Source of the DNA: Candidatus Latescibacterota bacterium
GTDB taxonomy: Bacteria; Latescibacterota; UBA2968; GCA-2709665
DNA length: 64,000 nucleotides
Reading direction: 5' to 3'
NCBI GenBank assembly: GCA_965205485.1
Contig: OZ242180.1
Span: 608,001 to 672,000 of the forward strand
The notes beneath the pieces are model-generated. The model saw only the letters and a program-made list of their open reading frames with translations, ran no database searches and was not told the DNA's origin. A program made the position numbers and the translations under genes. The first letter of the stretch is position 1. Each line of letters begins with the position of its first letter. This document shows, piece by piece, positions 29,064-39,158 of this stretch.

Positions 29064-29701
29064 TGAAAATGAAAGCGGTGACCGCCGCCAGCCTTCTGGC
29101 AAACGTCGTCCTGCTCGCCGTTCTGCTGTCGAACGGCGACGTCAGGGAGGAGCGATGGCGGACGGTGGCGGGCGACAGCGCGGATCTCTTCGACGGGGAA
29201 ACGCTGGAGGGGTGGTGGCCGCTCTCGGAACAGTGGACCGTTCAGGATGGAGCGATAACGTGCGCCACCTCGAATCGGATACACTACCTGATATCCGAGA
29301 GGATCGTCGACCGGCCGTTTCGACTCCGCTACCAGATTCTGCTCCTCGAGCGGTCAAGGAGCGACGGCAAGATCGTTGGATTCGTCGACGCCGCGAACGA
29401 CAACATGCTGGTGGCGATAGATGACGACAATCCGCACACGATTCAGATCGACAGCGGCCGCAAGGTCTTCGACGAATCCGGTATCTACGGACCCTGGAAG
29501 GTCGAATCCAATGCGGATTTTCAGATCGAAGCCGGCCGATGGTACGACGTGGTCTGCACCGTGGACGGGTCGGACTTCACGGTCAGTGCCGGCAACGTGC
29601 AGATGAGTCATCCCTACAAACCTGAGTTTCCCGTATCGATCTGGCTGGAAGTGCAGCGCACCGGCGCAAAATACCGGAATCTGACGGTCGAAAAACTGTA
29701 G
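29063..29701 (+). CDS. DUF1080 (3-keto-disaccharide hydrolase-like) exported protein
   Basis: TGATG coupling; signal peptide; LFDGETLEGW, WTVQDGAI, YRNL. Confidence 0.75.
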   Translation: MKMKAVTAASLLANVVLLAVLLSNGDVREERWRTVAGDSADLFDGETLEGWWPLSEQWTVQDGAITCATSNRIHYLISERIVDRPFRLRYQILLLERSRSDGKIVGFVDAANDNMLVAIDDDNPHTIQIDSGRKVFDESGIYGPWKVESNADFQIEAGRWYDVVCTVDGSDFTVSAGNVQMSHPYKPEFPVSIWLEVQRTGAKYRNLTVEKL

Positions 29702-29775
29702 GTGCCCGCTGCCGGCCTGCTTTCAGGAACGCGCTGGCGGTTTGGCCCCCCGTATCCGGTGACCGCGTTGCCGGT

Positions 29776-30963
29776 TCAACGAAGCCACGACCACCGCGCG
29801 GTTACCTCGTCCTCCTCGCCGTGCCGTTCTCTGAGCATCGCTTTTTCGGCAGGCGGCGCCGCGAGCAGCCCCACCAGCCGGTCGCACGTCAGTTCCACCT
29901 CTTCGTCCGTCATTTCCATCGCATCCACGGTAAAATATCCCTCGTCCGTATGGTGCGCGCGAAGACGGATGGACGGATCTCCCTCCATCATCGCGAGGTT
30001 GATCACGGATGCGTTCAACCCCGTTTTCTCCGCATCCACGGTCACCCTTGCGCGGCTGAACGGGTTGCCGTTGGGATCCGGATCCACGCTGAGACCGACG
30101 CCGTCAAAACCTTCAAGGCGCGCCATCACCCGTTCCATCTTCCGGTTCTGCTCCGCCTCCCAGCCCGCCACGTCCAGACGCATCCGATATTCCAGCGCCG
30201 CCATCACGCCGAAGATTCCCTCCTTGCCCACCTTCATCGGCCTCCCGATCCCCCGGTTCTGAAGGTTCAGCGCCCGCACGAGATCCTCCCGGCCGCACAC
30301 CACGCCGGCCGTGGTTCCCGAGAGATACTTGTGGCCGCTGCAAACGACCAGGTCCGCGCCCGTGTCCAGGATCTTCCTGATCACGAACGATTGCGCCGCC
30401 GCGTCGACGATCACGGGCACGCCGTGATCGTGCGCAATCTCGACCACCCGCGACAGCGGCAGGGCGCCGTACCGGACGGTATGGTGCGACACCACGAAGA
30501 CCACTGCCGCCGTCCGGTCGCCCATGGCGTGCCTCAGATGCTCTTCGGTGGAACGGTGCACCGTGCCGATCTCCACGGCGACGGCGCCGGCCAGCCGGAT
30601 CATCTGCGTTACCGGAGCGCCGAAGTTCACCGCGTGGCCCTTTTGAATCACGACTTCGTTGGCCATCCCGGTTGTGTCCGGCAACTGCCAGACCCGGCCC
30701 AGGTCGTTTCCGGTCATCGACGCGGCCACGCCCAACGTGATGCCTGCCGCTGAACAGGCGGTAACGCAACCCCATTGCGCGCCCGTGGCGCGTACGATCA
30801 CCTCTCCCGCGCGCTCCTGGAGCTCATCCAGATCGTAGAAACAGCCCATCGCGTGCGTCACCTCTTCGATCACCTCGGGCAATACGACAGCCCCCGCCAG
30901 ATGCGTCATTTTCCCGCAGGCGTTGATGACGCGGGTCAATCGATACTTCTCATACAGATCCAT
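29776..30963 (-). CDS. SelA-like PLP enzyme (DgaE/D-glucosaminate-6-phosphate ammonia-lyase family)
   Basis: RVINACGKMT, VIVDAAA, SGHK PLP lysine, GIGRPMKVGKE. Confidence 0.85.
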   Translation of the reverse strand: MDLYEKYRLTRVINACGKMTHLAGAVVLPEVIEEVTHAMGCFYDLDELQERAGEVIVRATGAQWGCVTACSAAGITLGVAASMTGNDLGRVWQLPDTTGMANEVVIQKGHAVNFGAPVTQMIRLAGAVAVEIGTVHRSTEEHLRHAMGDRTAAVVFVVSHHTVRYGALPLSRVVEIAHDHGVPVIVDAAAQSFVIRKILDTGADLVVCSGHKYLSGTTAGVVCGREDLVRALNLQNRGIGRPMKVGKEGIFGVMAALEYRMRLDVAGWEAEQNRKMERVMARLEGFDGVGLSVDPDPNGNPFSRARVTVDAEKTGLNASVINLAMMEGDPSIRLRAHHTDEGYFTVDAMEMTDEEVELTCDRLVGLLAAPPAEKAMLRERHGEEDEVTARWSWLR

Positions 30964-31061
30964 TTTCGTTCCTCCGTACAGAAAGATAGCGAGCGACGAT
31001 CCCGATCGCCCGCCATTTCTCATGACTCATACCGTTTCGACCCGACGGGCTGGGCTTCCCG

Positions 31062-32444
31062 TCAAACTACTGCAGCCTGGTCCACGGCCTCGTCCACCGA
31101 CTCTCCCAGAACCGCCAGCCCGTCGGCCACGGCGTCTTCGGTTATGGTGAGCGGCGGCGAAATCTTTACCGTCTGCCCCCAGGACCCCACCGGCGCGAAG
31201 AACAGCAGGCCCTTGTGAAAGCAGCGTTCCACCACGTCGAATGCCAGGTCAGGATCGGGCTCCTTCACACCCGGCCTGACCATCTGCAACCCCGCAACCA
31301 GTCCCTTCCCCGTACAATTGCCGATCACGCGCGGATGACGCGCCTGAATCGCTCGCAGTCCGTCCATCATCACCGGCTCCATCCTGGCGGCGTTGCCCGC
31401 CAGGTCGTCCCCCACGATTTTCTTCAGGCTGGCCAGCGCCGCCGCCGCGCAGACCGGATTTCCGGTATGGGTGCTGGTCATGGACCCGGGCGGATATTGA
31501 TCCATCACTTCCGTCCGGCCGATCACGCCGGAGAGCGGAAGGGAACTGCTCACGCCTTTACCGAACGTAATCATGTCCGGAGTAACGCCGTAGTGCTCGA
31601 AACCCCACATGGTTCCGGTTCGTCCAAACCCCGCCTGGACCTCGTCTAAGATCAGCAGAGCCCCGTGAGCCCGGCACCATTCGGCCAGAGCCCGCGCGTA
31701 TTCGACCGGCAGGAAGTCCGGTCCCACGCCCTGGTAGGTCTCCACGATCACTCCGGCGACGTCGTCGGCCTTCATTCGCTTTTCGTTCAGGGTTGTGCAG
31801 AAATGGTCGAAATCGATATTCCCGGTCCAGTATCCGTCCGGAAAAGCGGCCTGTACGATGGCGGGATCCTCATTGACGATCCAATCCTTCTGTCCGGGCA
31901 TGCCGCCGGCCTGCTGCGCCCCCAGCGTCCGTCCATGGAACCCGCGCTCAAATCCCACGATCCCGATCTTTCGGCTCCCGCCCTGTGCGATCCCCCACGT
32001 ACGCGCCAATTTGATCGCATTTTCAGTGGCTTCCGAACCCGTTGTCAGCAGAAACACCTTGTCCAGCCCCTCCGGCGCCAGCCCAACCAGAAACTCGGCG
32101 AGCTCAGCCCTCGCGGCGTTGGGGAACACGTAACTGTGCAGAAGTCCGTTGTTGACCTGATCCAGAATCGCCTTCCTCACCTCCGGCATCCCGTGGCCCG
32201 CGTTGGTCACCAGCACCCCGGAACTCCAGTCCAGCCACATGTTTCCGTACCTGTCGTAAACGCGGACGTCCTCCGCCCGATCCCATACGACAGGCGGCTG
32301 CCCCCGCATGGAAGTGGGCTCGAAAGTTCGCAACGCCTCGAGCACGGGAACCGACTCCGGATGCGGCAATCCGGAAACGATTCGCCTGTATTTCGTGTCA
32401 ACGCGGGGAACGTCCCGGGGTGTGATATCGAACTCCCTTCCCAT
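31062..32444 (-). CDS. Class III aminotransferase
   Basis: TGSEATE, FHGRT, LILDEVQAGFGRTG, FGKG; AGGAGG RBS. Confidence 0.92.
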   Translation of the reverse strand: MGREFDITPRDVPRVDTKYRRIVSGLPHPESVPVLEALRTFEPTSMRGQPPVVWDRAEDVRVYDRYGNMWLDWSSGVLVTNAGHGMPEVRKAILDQVNNGLLHSYVFPNAARAELAEFLVGLAPEGLDKVFLLTTGSEATENAIKLARTWGIAQGGSRKIGIVGFERGFHGRTLGAQQAGGMPGQKDWIVNEDPAIVQAAFPDGYWTGNIDFDHFCTTLNEKRMKADDVAGVIVETYQGVGPDFLPVEYARALAEWCRAHGALLILDEVQAGFGRTGTMWGFEHYGVTPDMITFGKGVSSSLPLSGVIGRTEVMDQYPPGSMTSTHTGNPVCAAAALASLKKIVGDDLAGNAARMEPVMMDGLRAIQARHPRVIGNCTGKGLVAGLQMVRPGVKEPDPDLAFDVVERCFHKGLLFFAPVGSWGQTVKISPPLTITEDAVADGLAVLGESVDEAVDQAAVV

Positions 32445-32472
32445 CGCATCCTCCTGAAAAGCTTCCTGAATT

Positions 32473-32534
32473 GAACAGCGGGCCGCAAGCTGCCGTCCGA
32501 ACCCGTCGGCACGGCGTCTCACGGCCCGCTGTTC
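32473..32534. other. Long intergenic hairpin
   Basis: GAACAGCGGGCCG/CGGCCCGCTGTTC perfect 13-bp stem enclosing a nested imperfect stem. Confidence 0.6.
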
Positions 32535-32545
32535 CCCTCCCCTAT

Positions 32546-32674
32546 CAGTCCGTTGATAAAGTCGCTCTGCAGGCGAGGCATGGTGTCCCATCCCTCGATT
32601 CGGCGAGGGAGCGCAACGCAGTATTTCGACCGCAAGGGCCGGCCGTAGCCCGGATGGGCTTTTTCAACGGGCTG
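32546..32674 (-). mobile_element. MITE family B, copy 1
   Basis: Termini CAGTCCGTTGATAAAG...CTTTTTCAACGGGCTG, flanks CTAT/CTAA; homologous to 40496-40594. Confidence 0.85.
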
Positions 32675-33958
32675 CTAAATCGGCTTTTCGTAAATCCGCT
32701 GAAAGACCGCCTCCGGCCCCTCGTCTATCCTGCAGGGATCGATAATGGTGATGCCGTCTTCGCCGAACCGGGCCGTCACCGGCGTCCCCTTGCCTTCCTG
32801 CAGATGCTTGAAGTTCAGATCCCGCACCCGCCTCGCCGCGTCCACGATCGCAACCGTAATCCGCCCGTCCGCCGCGGTAGGGTAGATCCCGTCCACGTCC
32901 TCGCGCGTCTCCCCCATGAACTTGATGCGGCAGGCGGCGACCAGCCCAACCGTGATGCTGTCCACGCCGTAGCCGATATACGCCTCCGAGCCATCCGGGC
33001 GCCTGACGTCACGCGTCATATGGTTGTTCACCGTACGGCTGCCGCCCCCGTTGTACCAGAAACGTAGTCCCCGGTACTGCTGATCGGACTCCACCTTGCC
33101 GTCGGTACCCACGATTTCATGGCCCTGGTTCACCGGTCCCTCGAAATCGTCGGGCGTGATCCAGTTGTTGTGGAAATAGATGCTCATACCATTATCAAAC
33201 TCCACGCGCACCTGAACCGCGTCGTAGGCGTCGATGCCTTCGCGAACCAGCCGTTTCTTCTGCCCGACAGCGGAAAGCGCGACCGGTTTGCTCCTGAAAT
33301 AGTTGTAAATCAGGTCCGTCCAGTGTGGGCCGACATAGCTGAACGGGTCGCTCTGCTCGGCCCATTTGAACGTACTCGTGGACACCTCCAGCGGCTCTTC
33401 GAGTACTGCCTGCCCGTAGAGCGGATCTCCGATGCGGCTGGAGAGATCGTGCTGGACGCGCAGATGGTCGGGATCGTATCGCTTGTGCATATCCACGCAG
33501 ACCACCAGCCCTTTCGCGTCGGCAAGTTCGATGATCTCGTCCGCCTCCTCGATCGACAGGCACATCGGCTTTTCCATGACCACGTGCGTTCCGTTCCGCA
33601 GTGCGGCCAGCGTCACCTCGGTATGCAGATGGTCCGGAGTGACCACAGCCATGACGTCCAGATCGGGAACGTCGCGCAGCACGTCCTCCCACGGCTTTTC
33701 TCCCCAGTAGGCGCGCGGCTCGCGCCCCGTTGATTCCCTGAAGTTCTCCCGCGCCCGTTCCGCGGACGACCGGGACCGCGTGGCCACCGCCACCAGGTCG
33801 AACTGTATATCGGCAAGGTCCCGCGCCCACGGATCCAGACCGACCCGCCCGAGGTTTCCACTGATTCCCATCCGCTGCAGATCGGCGAATGCTCTGGCGT
33901 GTACGTCGCCGCCGAACATCCCCGCGCCGATCAGCGCGATCTTCATCGTGCGCTGCAT
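32675..33958 (-). CDS. Gfo/Idh/MocA family oxidoreductase
   Basis: LIGAGMFG, TPDHLH, MEKP, HKRYDP. Confidence 0.9.
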   Translation of the reverse strand: MQRTMKIALIGAGMFGGDVHARAFADLQRMGISGNLGRVGLDPWARDLADIQFDLVAVATRSRSSAERARENFRESTGREPRAYWGEKPWEDVLRDVPDLDVMAVVTPDHLHTEVTLAALRNGTHVVMEKPMCLSIEEADEIIELADAKGLVVCVDMHKRYDPDHLRVQHDLSSRIGDPLYGQAVLEEPLEVSTSTFKWAEQSDPFSYVGPHWTDLIYNYFRSKPVALSAVGQKKRLVREGIDAYDAVQVRVEFDNGMSIYFHNNWITPDDFEGPVNQGHEIVGTDGKVESDQQYRGLRFWYNGGGSRTVNNHMTRDVRRPDGSEAYIGYGVDSITVGLVAACRIKFMGETREDVDGIYPTAADGRITVAIVDAARRVRDLNFKHLQEGKGTPVTARFGEDGITIIDPCRIDEGPEAVFQRIYEKPI

Positions 33959-34080
33959 TCGCTACCTCGCTTTTCCGTTTTGCCGGTCCTCTTCCGGTGG
34001 CCGGCATTACCGGTATATCGCTTCATCGTTTCAAGCCGTCTCCACAGGCACGCGTCCGGAAACGGGCGACTCGTGACGGG

Positions 34081-34815
34081 TCATCTCGTAAAGACGGTAC
34101 CCCTCACGTAGTCCGCATCGTCCGAAACCAGAAACGCCAGCACCCTGCCCACACCTTCGGGCTTTCCCAGCCCCGCTCTCATTGTTTCCAGACACCGCCC
34201 CTCCCGGTCCGCCTGCTTCCTGAGTACTTCCATCTTCAGCGGGGTATCGAGGCTTCCGGGACACAGCGCATTCACCCGGATTCCTCTGGAGGCCAGCTGC
34301 GGGGCGAGCACGAGGGAAAGCCCGTGTACGCCGCCTTTGCTCGATCCGTATGCCGCCGAAGAACTGCCTCCCCGCACCCCAGCGCCTGAAGACACGAGCA
34401 CCAGCACCCCCCCACCGGACCGCTCCAGAACCGGCGTCACGTGTTTGCACAGCAGAAAACTGCCCTTCAGATTCACGTCCAATACGCGATCCCATATATC
34501 CGCTTCGAACAGGTCGACCGGGACCAGCGCCCCTTCGAGAATCCCTGCGGAGTGAATCAGACCATCGATGCGTCCGAACCCACGGGCCACGCTATCCACC
34601 ATCGTCCGGACCTCGCCCTCCGCGCGAACGTCAACTCCGAATCCCCGGGCTTCGCCCCCCGAACCGTCGATTTCACGAACCGTTGCCGCAACTCCGTCCC
34701 TGTCGCAATCCGCCACCGCCACCCGCGCGCCTGCCCGTGCACAGCAGACCGCCGCAGCGCGACCGATGCCCGAGGCGGCTCCGGTTATCAGAATCACCTT
34801 CCTCTTCAGAGACAT
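34081..34815 (-). CDS. SDR family oxidoreductase
   Basis: TGAASGIG, YGSSK catalytic motif, VNALCPG. Confidence 0.92.
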   Translation of the reverse strand: MSLKRKVILITGAASGIGRAAAVCCARAGARVAVADCDRDGVAATVREIDGSGGEARGFGVDVRAEGEVRTMVDSVARGFGRIDGLIHSAGILEGALVPVDLFEADIWDRVLDVNLKGSFLLCKHVTPVLERSGGGVLVLVSSGAGVRGGSSSAAYGSSKGGVHGLSLVLAPQLASRGIRVNALCPGSLDTPLKMEVLRKQADREGRCLETMRAGLGKPEGVGRVLAFLVSDDADYVRGTVFTR

Positions 34816-34871
34816 CTCAGCCTCAAGGGTCGCGATAGGACTACCGGGCAAGGCATCATTGCCGCCGTGTT

Positions 34872-36299
34872 CTATTCAGCTATAGCGTAAAGCGTATTCC
34901 GGGTCCCGATGTACAACACGCCGTCTTTCGCAACGGGTGTTGTGTACACCGCGCTGCCCATGTTGATTTCGTTGATTTTCTCGAGCTTCTTCGATGCCTT
35001 GAAGATCATCACGTCACCGTCTTCGTCGCCAATGTAGACCTTTCCGTCCGCCACAAAGGGCGATCCCCAGATGGCGGCGTAGGCATCGTAGGTCCAGTGG
35101 GGCTTTCCCGTCTTCAGATCAAGGCAATAGATGAATCCGCTCAGGTCCGCCGCGTAAAGCAGCCCGTCGTGGATGGCGACAGTTGACATCGTCCGGTTGA
35201 AATCCCTGCCTCCCAGATGCCAGACGGCGTGGGTGCCGGTGACGTCGCCCTTTCCGGTGGCGTCAATCGCCCAGAGATGCCCCACCCCTTCGCCGTGCTC
35301 GGGATCCTGTCCCACGCCGATAAAGACCTTGTCGTCGAATATCACCGGCGTGGCGATGATCGCGTTGCGCGTGCCCCGTCCGCCAAGCTCCCACACGGAG
35401 TCCTTCGGATTGCAATCGAACTTCCAGATCAATTCGCCTGTCTTCGGCGCCACCGCGTAGACCCAGCCGTCCCCTCCCGGAAGGATGACCTGAGGCGCTC
35501 CGTTGATCTTTCCGTAGGCCGGGTTGGACCACTGCCCGTGCAGGATATTCGTGCCGGGATAGGCCTTCTCCCAGACGAGCTCACCGGTCTTCAGGCTGAG
35601 TGCGAGAAAGCTGGGCGCAAACGGCGAAGGGATGGCCACGTGGCCTTCATCCACCCCGTTGCTGGTTATCACGAACAGCATCCCGTCCGCGCCAACAGGC
35701 GAACAGGTGGCCAGGTTGTGCGGGAACACATCCAGCTCCTCCATCATATCGTATTCCCAGACAATATCCACGCCATTGGCGCCTGTAACGTCTTCGCTCC
35801 GGTACGGGCCGTCGTTTTCCGCGTCCAGAAAACCCTCGGTATCGGCGCAGACCACCCGGCCCTGGTTGGAAACGTAGAACAGACGATCGCCCTGGATAAA
35901 CGGCGTCGAGCAAACGCCCTGCAGCGGCCAGTCGTTCACCCGTCCCGCGGGCAGCTTAGGGTGGGCCGACTGCCACAGGAATGCCCCGTCGGATTCCCGG
36001 AATGCCATCACCACGCCGCGATCGCCCTTGATATCGGGATTTCGTTCGGCGTGGTTGTTGGTCCCCATAAACACCTTGCCGCCCAGCAGAACGGGCCCCG
36101 CGTAGGATTGCGAGCCGAGGGCGGCCTTCCATTTGACATTCTCTCCCGTCTCCGTATTCCAGTCCGCTGGCAGATTCTTCTCGTTCGACACAAGGTTTCG
36201 GGAGGGTGTAAATCCCCACATCGCGGTCTCCTGGGCGCACGCGCCCGAAGCCGGCCAGAACAGCGAAAATGCGACCAGGTATATCCATCCAGATGTCAT
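34872..36299 (-). CDS. PQQ-like (BamB-type) beta-propeller protein, exported
   Basis: Signal peptide; repeated TGELVW/TGELIW blades; SPFVADGKVYIG. Confidence 0.85.
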   Translation of the reverse strand: MTSGWIYLVAFSLFWPASGACAQETAMWGFTPSRNLVSNEKNLPADWNTETGENVKWKAALGSQSYAGPVLLGGKVFMGTNNHAERNPDIKGDRGVVMAFRESDGAFLWQSAHPKLPAGRVNDWPLQGVCSTPFIQGDRLFYVSNQGRVVCADTEGFLDAENDGPYRSEDVTGANGVDIVWEYDMMEELDVFPHNLATCSPVGADGMLFVITSNGVDEGHVAIPSPFAPSFLALSLKTGELVWEKAYPGTNILHGQWSNPAYGKINGAPQVILPGGDGWVYAVAPKTGELIWKFDCNPKDSVWELGGRGTRNAIIATPVIFDDKVFIGVGQDPEHGEGVGHLWAIDATGKGDVTGTHAVWHLGGRDFNRTMSTVAIHDGLLYAADLSGFIYCLDLKTGKPHWTYDAYAAIWGSPFVADGKVYIGDEDGDVMIFKASKKLEKINEINMGSAVYTTPVAKDGVLYIGTRNTLYAIAE

Positions 36300-36405
36300 T
36301 TTTGTCTTGTTCTCCGGGTATCGTTGTTCTTGTTGACGCCAATCTGGCGATTGACCCGACGTCCGGATGAATGCCCTTAGTCTTCGCATCCGGCCGGATG
36401 CCCGT

Positions 36406-38580
36406 TCAGTACACGCTTACGTTGTCATAGTAAATGTTCGCCGGCGAGTACCCGTAGAGCCCGGGACTTCCTTCCCGAATGGGAAGCGGGTCCTCCGCCT
36501 CGATCGTCCATGTGTCCGGCTCCCTGTCGCTCCGCTTCCAGACCTTTCCCCTTACAATCGCCCGACCGCCATCGATATCCACCCGCATCTTCATGGTATA
36601 CCAGACGTCCGGTTCCCATTCAAAAGCCACGCGATGAACCATCCTCAAATCAGACGACCAGGACCGCACTTCCAGTCGCTTGTAGGCGCCCTGCAGATCC
36701 AGGATGTATCGGTGAGCGACCAGGCCCATGTCCGGCAGCCAGCGTCTGCGTCTGCCGCCCATCAGGTCAGCCTGGACGGTATATCCCGACATTTCAGGCG
36801 GTCCGATGTACAGATTGGACCGGTCCAGTCCGCGCGCCGCGGGCGGCTTCACCAGGACCTTGTTTCCTTCCTTTTCCTCGACCCTGAACCCCCGGCCTCC
36901 CCATACCCAGTGGCGCGGATTCTTGCCGTCAGGGACCCCCTCGAAGTCCTCGGTCCAGGGTGGCTCGGGCGCCACCCGTACCCATGCCCTCGCGGTCAGC
37001 CCCCCGGTCGCGGCAACCACCCATCCGGCCTGTCCCCGTTTCGCCGGTGAAAACCGGCCGTTCTCAATCCGTCCGTCCAGCGATTCGAGGGACCACGTCA
37101 CGTCAACCTCTCCAATCAGCCGGCCCAGGTCGTCGTACGCCCGTGCGCTGAGTGGCAGCACCTCGTCAGGCGTGATTGTTCTCTCCGCGGGGACGACAAG
37201 AATCGTCGCCGTTTTGCCGCCCGACGGCGCCCGGGGGCGCCTTACAGACGGAGTGGACCCGGTCGCGAACGACCCATCCTTGTCGCCCAGGCAGAACAGT
37301 CCCGCTTCGGTTGCGAAGTAGACCCGACCGTATGCGACGGCGACCGAACCGTAGATCTCTGCGGGCCTGCCGGCGGGCATCATGATCTTCCTGTCATTCA
37401 GTACCCGCGCACCTACAGCCCCCACCTTGAGAATCCGGAATCCGCCGTTGACTTCGGTGACGTATAATTTACCGTCGGCCCAGGTGGGAGAGCCCTTGCC
37501 CACCGTACCGACGTTCTGCTCCCAGTATTTCCGCCCGGACTCCGCGTCAAGGCAGTGTACGTTCGCCGAATTGTCAATGACGTACAGACGCCCGGCATGA
37601 AGGGCCGGAGAAGCATACCCCGCGGCGATCCCGTCCTGGCGCCAGATCTCTCTTCCCGTTCCGGCGTCGAGGCAGACAACCCGACCCATCGTCGTATTGT
37701 CCACGTTCTCTTCGCTGTGGGTCGCGTACACGCGATTGTCAGCCGCAACCGGAGATGTGTTGATACCCCGCCTGCTCAAGGGGAACCCCCATACCACTTC
37801 ACCCGTCGCGGCCTTGAAAGCGAATATCCCGCCGTTTCCGTTCCCTGCGATCAACAGCCTCCGGCCGTCGACGGTCGTCGCTATCGGCGTGGAATATACA
37901 GTCAGGTCGGCCTGTCCGCCCCCGCCCGGCCGCGCCATCCAGACGGTCTCTCCAGTGCGCTTGTCGAAGGCCATGTACCGGTGAGACGGAGGACGGTCCG
38001 CCCAACCCCGGTTTCCCATGCTGATGACGACCAGGTCTCCGTCTACCACCGGCGTATGCAACCTGCCGCCATAGCCCGAAAACCTGTTGAATTCCTCGGT
38101 CAGTGACCTGCTCCAGAGGATCCGTCCATCACCGTCGAAACACAGCAGGAGGCCGTTCACCAGGTGCGCGTACACATTGCCGGTTTCCCCGTCGGCGCCA
38201 AGGTTCGCCCAGCCCAGGCGGTTGAACGTAATGGTGGAGTGCCATACGTTGAACTTGCGTTCCCATACCAGCCGGCCGTCCTCCGCATCGAAACACGCGA
38301 CGTGTTCCTGCCTGGTTACCCCCTCCCCTGTTCTTCCGATCACGTAGACCCGCCCATTCAGGATCACCGGCGTGGACCGGCCGATGAACTCCGACCGCCA
38401 GACCAGGTTTTCACCGTCCGGAGACCAGCTGGAAATCAGGCCGGTTTCCGGAGACGCGCCGGTCTGCATGGGCCCTCGCCAGTGGGTCCAGTCCGACGCC
38501 CCGGCCGGCATAGACCAGACCATCGGCAGGGCGCCGACCAGGCAGGCCGCGAGAATGCGATTTTTTGTCCATGCGTACAT
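36406..38580 (-). CDS. PQQ-like beta-propeller protein with C-terminal lectin-like domain
   Basis: Signal peptide then DWTHWRGP; TGETVW/TGEVVW/TGREIW blades; C-terminal YYDNVSVY. Confidence 0.85.
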   Translation of the reverse strand: MYAWTKNRILAACLVGALPMVWSMPAGASDWTHWRGPMQTGASPETGLISSWSPDGENLVWRSEFIGRSTPVILNGRVYVIGRTGEGVTRQEHVACFDAEDGRLVWERKFNVWHSTITFNRLGWANLGADGETGNVYAHLVNGLLLCFDGDGRILWSRSLTEEFNRFSGYGGRLHTPVVDGDLVVISMGNRGWADRPPSHRYMAFDKRTGETVWMARPGGGGQADLTVYSTPIATTVDGRRLLIAGNGNGGIFAFKAATGEVVWGFPLSRRGINTSPVAADNRVYATHSEENVDNTTMGRVVCLDAGTGREIWRQDGIAAGYASPALHAGRLYVIDNSANVHCLDAESGRKYWEQNVGTVGKGSPTWADGKLYVTEVNGGFRILKVGAVGARVLNDRKIMMPAGRPAEIYGSVAVAYGRVYFATEAGLFCLGDKDGSFATGSTPSVRRPRAPSGGKTATILVVPAERTITPDEVLPLSARAYDDLGRLIGEVDVTWSLESLDGRIENGRFSPAKRGQAGWVVAATGGLTARAWVRVAPEPPWTEDFEGVPDGKNPRHWVWGGRGFRVEEKEGNKVLVKPPAARGLDRSNLYIGPPEMSGYTVQADLMGGRRRRWLPDMGLVAHRYILDLQGAYKRLEVRSWSSDLRMVHRVAFEWEPDVWYTMKMRVDIDGGRAIVRGKVWKRSDREPDTWTIEAEDPLPIREGSPGLYGYSPANIYYDNVSVY

Positions 38581-38699
38581 CGATACAATACCCCCGAATG
38601 TCCTTTCCCGGTCAGATTCCAATTCTCCCAAAGATCCTTCCCTCCGTGAACCGCTGCCTGGGCTCAACTTCTCCGTGCAACCCTGTCCATGTCGCCTGA

Positions 38700-39158
38700 T
38701 CAGCGAAACGTGCCCTCCGCAATATCCGATTCACCGACGAATTGCTTGAGATGTGCTATAGCCCTCGCCAGATCGCTCCTCACCCACGGATCTCTCTCCG
38801 TCCGCATCGCGAGTTCAAGGACGGCAATGGCTTCGGGCTGTTCGATATGCATGATTGCGACGGCGGCCTGCTGGCGTAACCGGCGGCTGCCGTCTCTGAG
38901 GAACGGCACCAGATCGGGAAGCGCTTCGCCGGCGCCCAGCATGCCCAGCGCCCAGACAGCCTTGGCCCGCACTTCCGGAACCGTGTCTCGCAGTGCCTGT
39001 CGCAGATGGGGAACCGCACCGGGTATGCGGTGCGCACCCAGATAAACAGCAGCATCCTCGCGTTCTCGCGGCGTTCCGGCTCTGAGCCGCGTAAAGTGAT
39101 CGCTGCCGCCCCCGCACGCCGGCAAACCGAGCAACAATATGAGGATTACGCCACGCAT
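38700..39158 (-). CDS. HEAT-repeat lipoprotein
   Basis: Lipobox-like LGLPAC; repeats [10 protein letters not shown] and LRQQAAVAI. Confidence 0.75.
   Translation of the reverse strand: MRGVILILLLGLPACGGGSDHFTRLRAGTPREREDAAVYLGAHRIPGAVPHLRQALRDTVPEVRAKAVWALGMLGAGEALPDLVPFLRDGSRRLRQQAAVAIMHIEQPEAIAVLELAMRTERDPWVRSDLARAIAHLKQFVGESDIAEGTFR

Noticed and set aside
29776..30963. Selenocysteine synthase selA
   Set aside because: Shorter DgaE-type sequence, and no selB, selC or selD nearby
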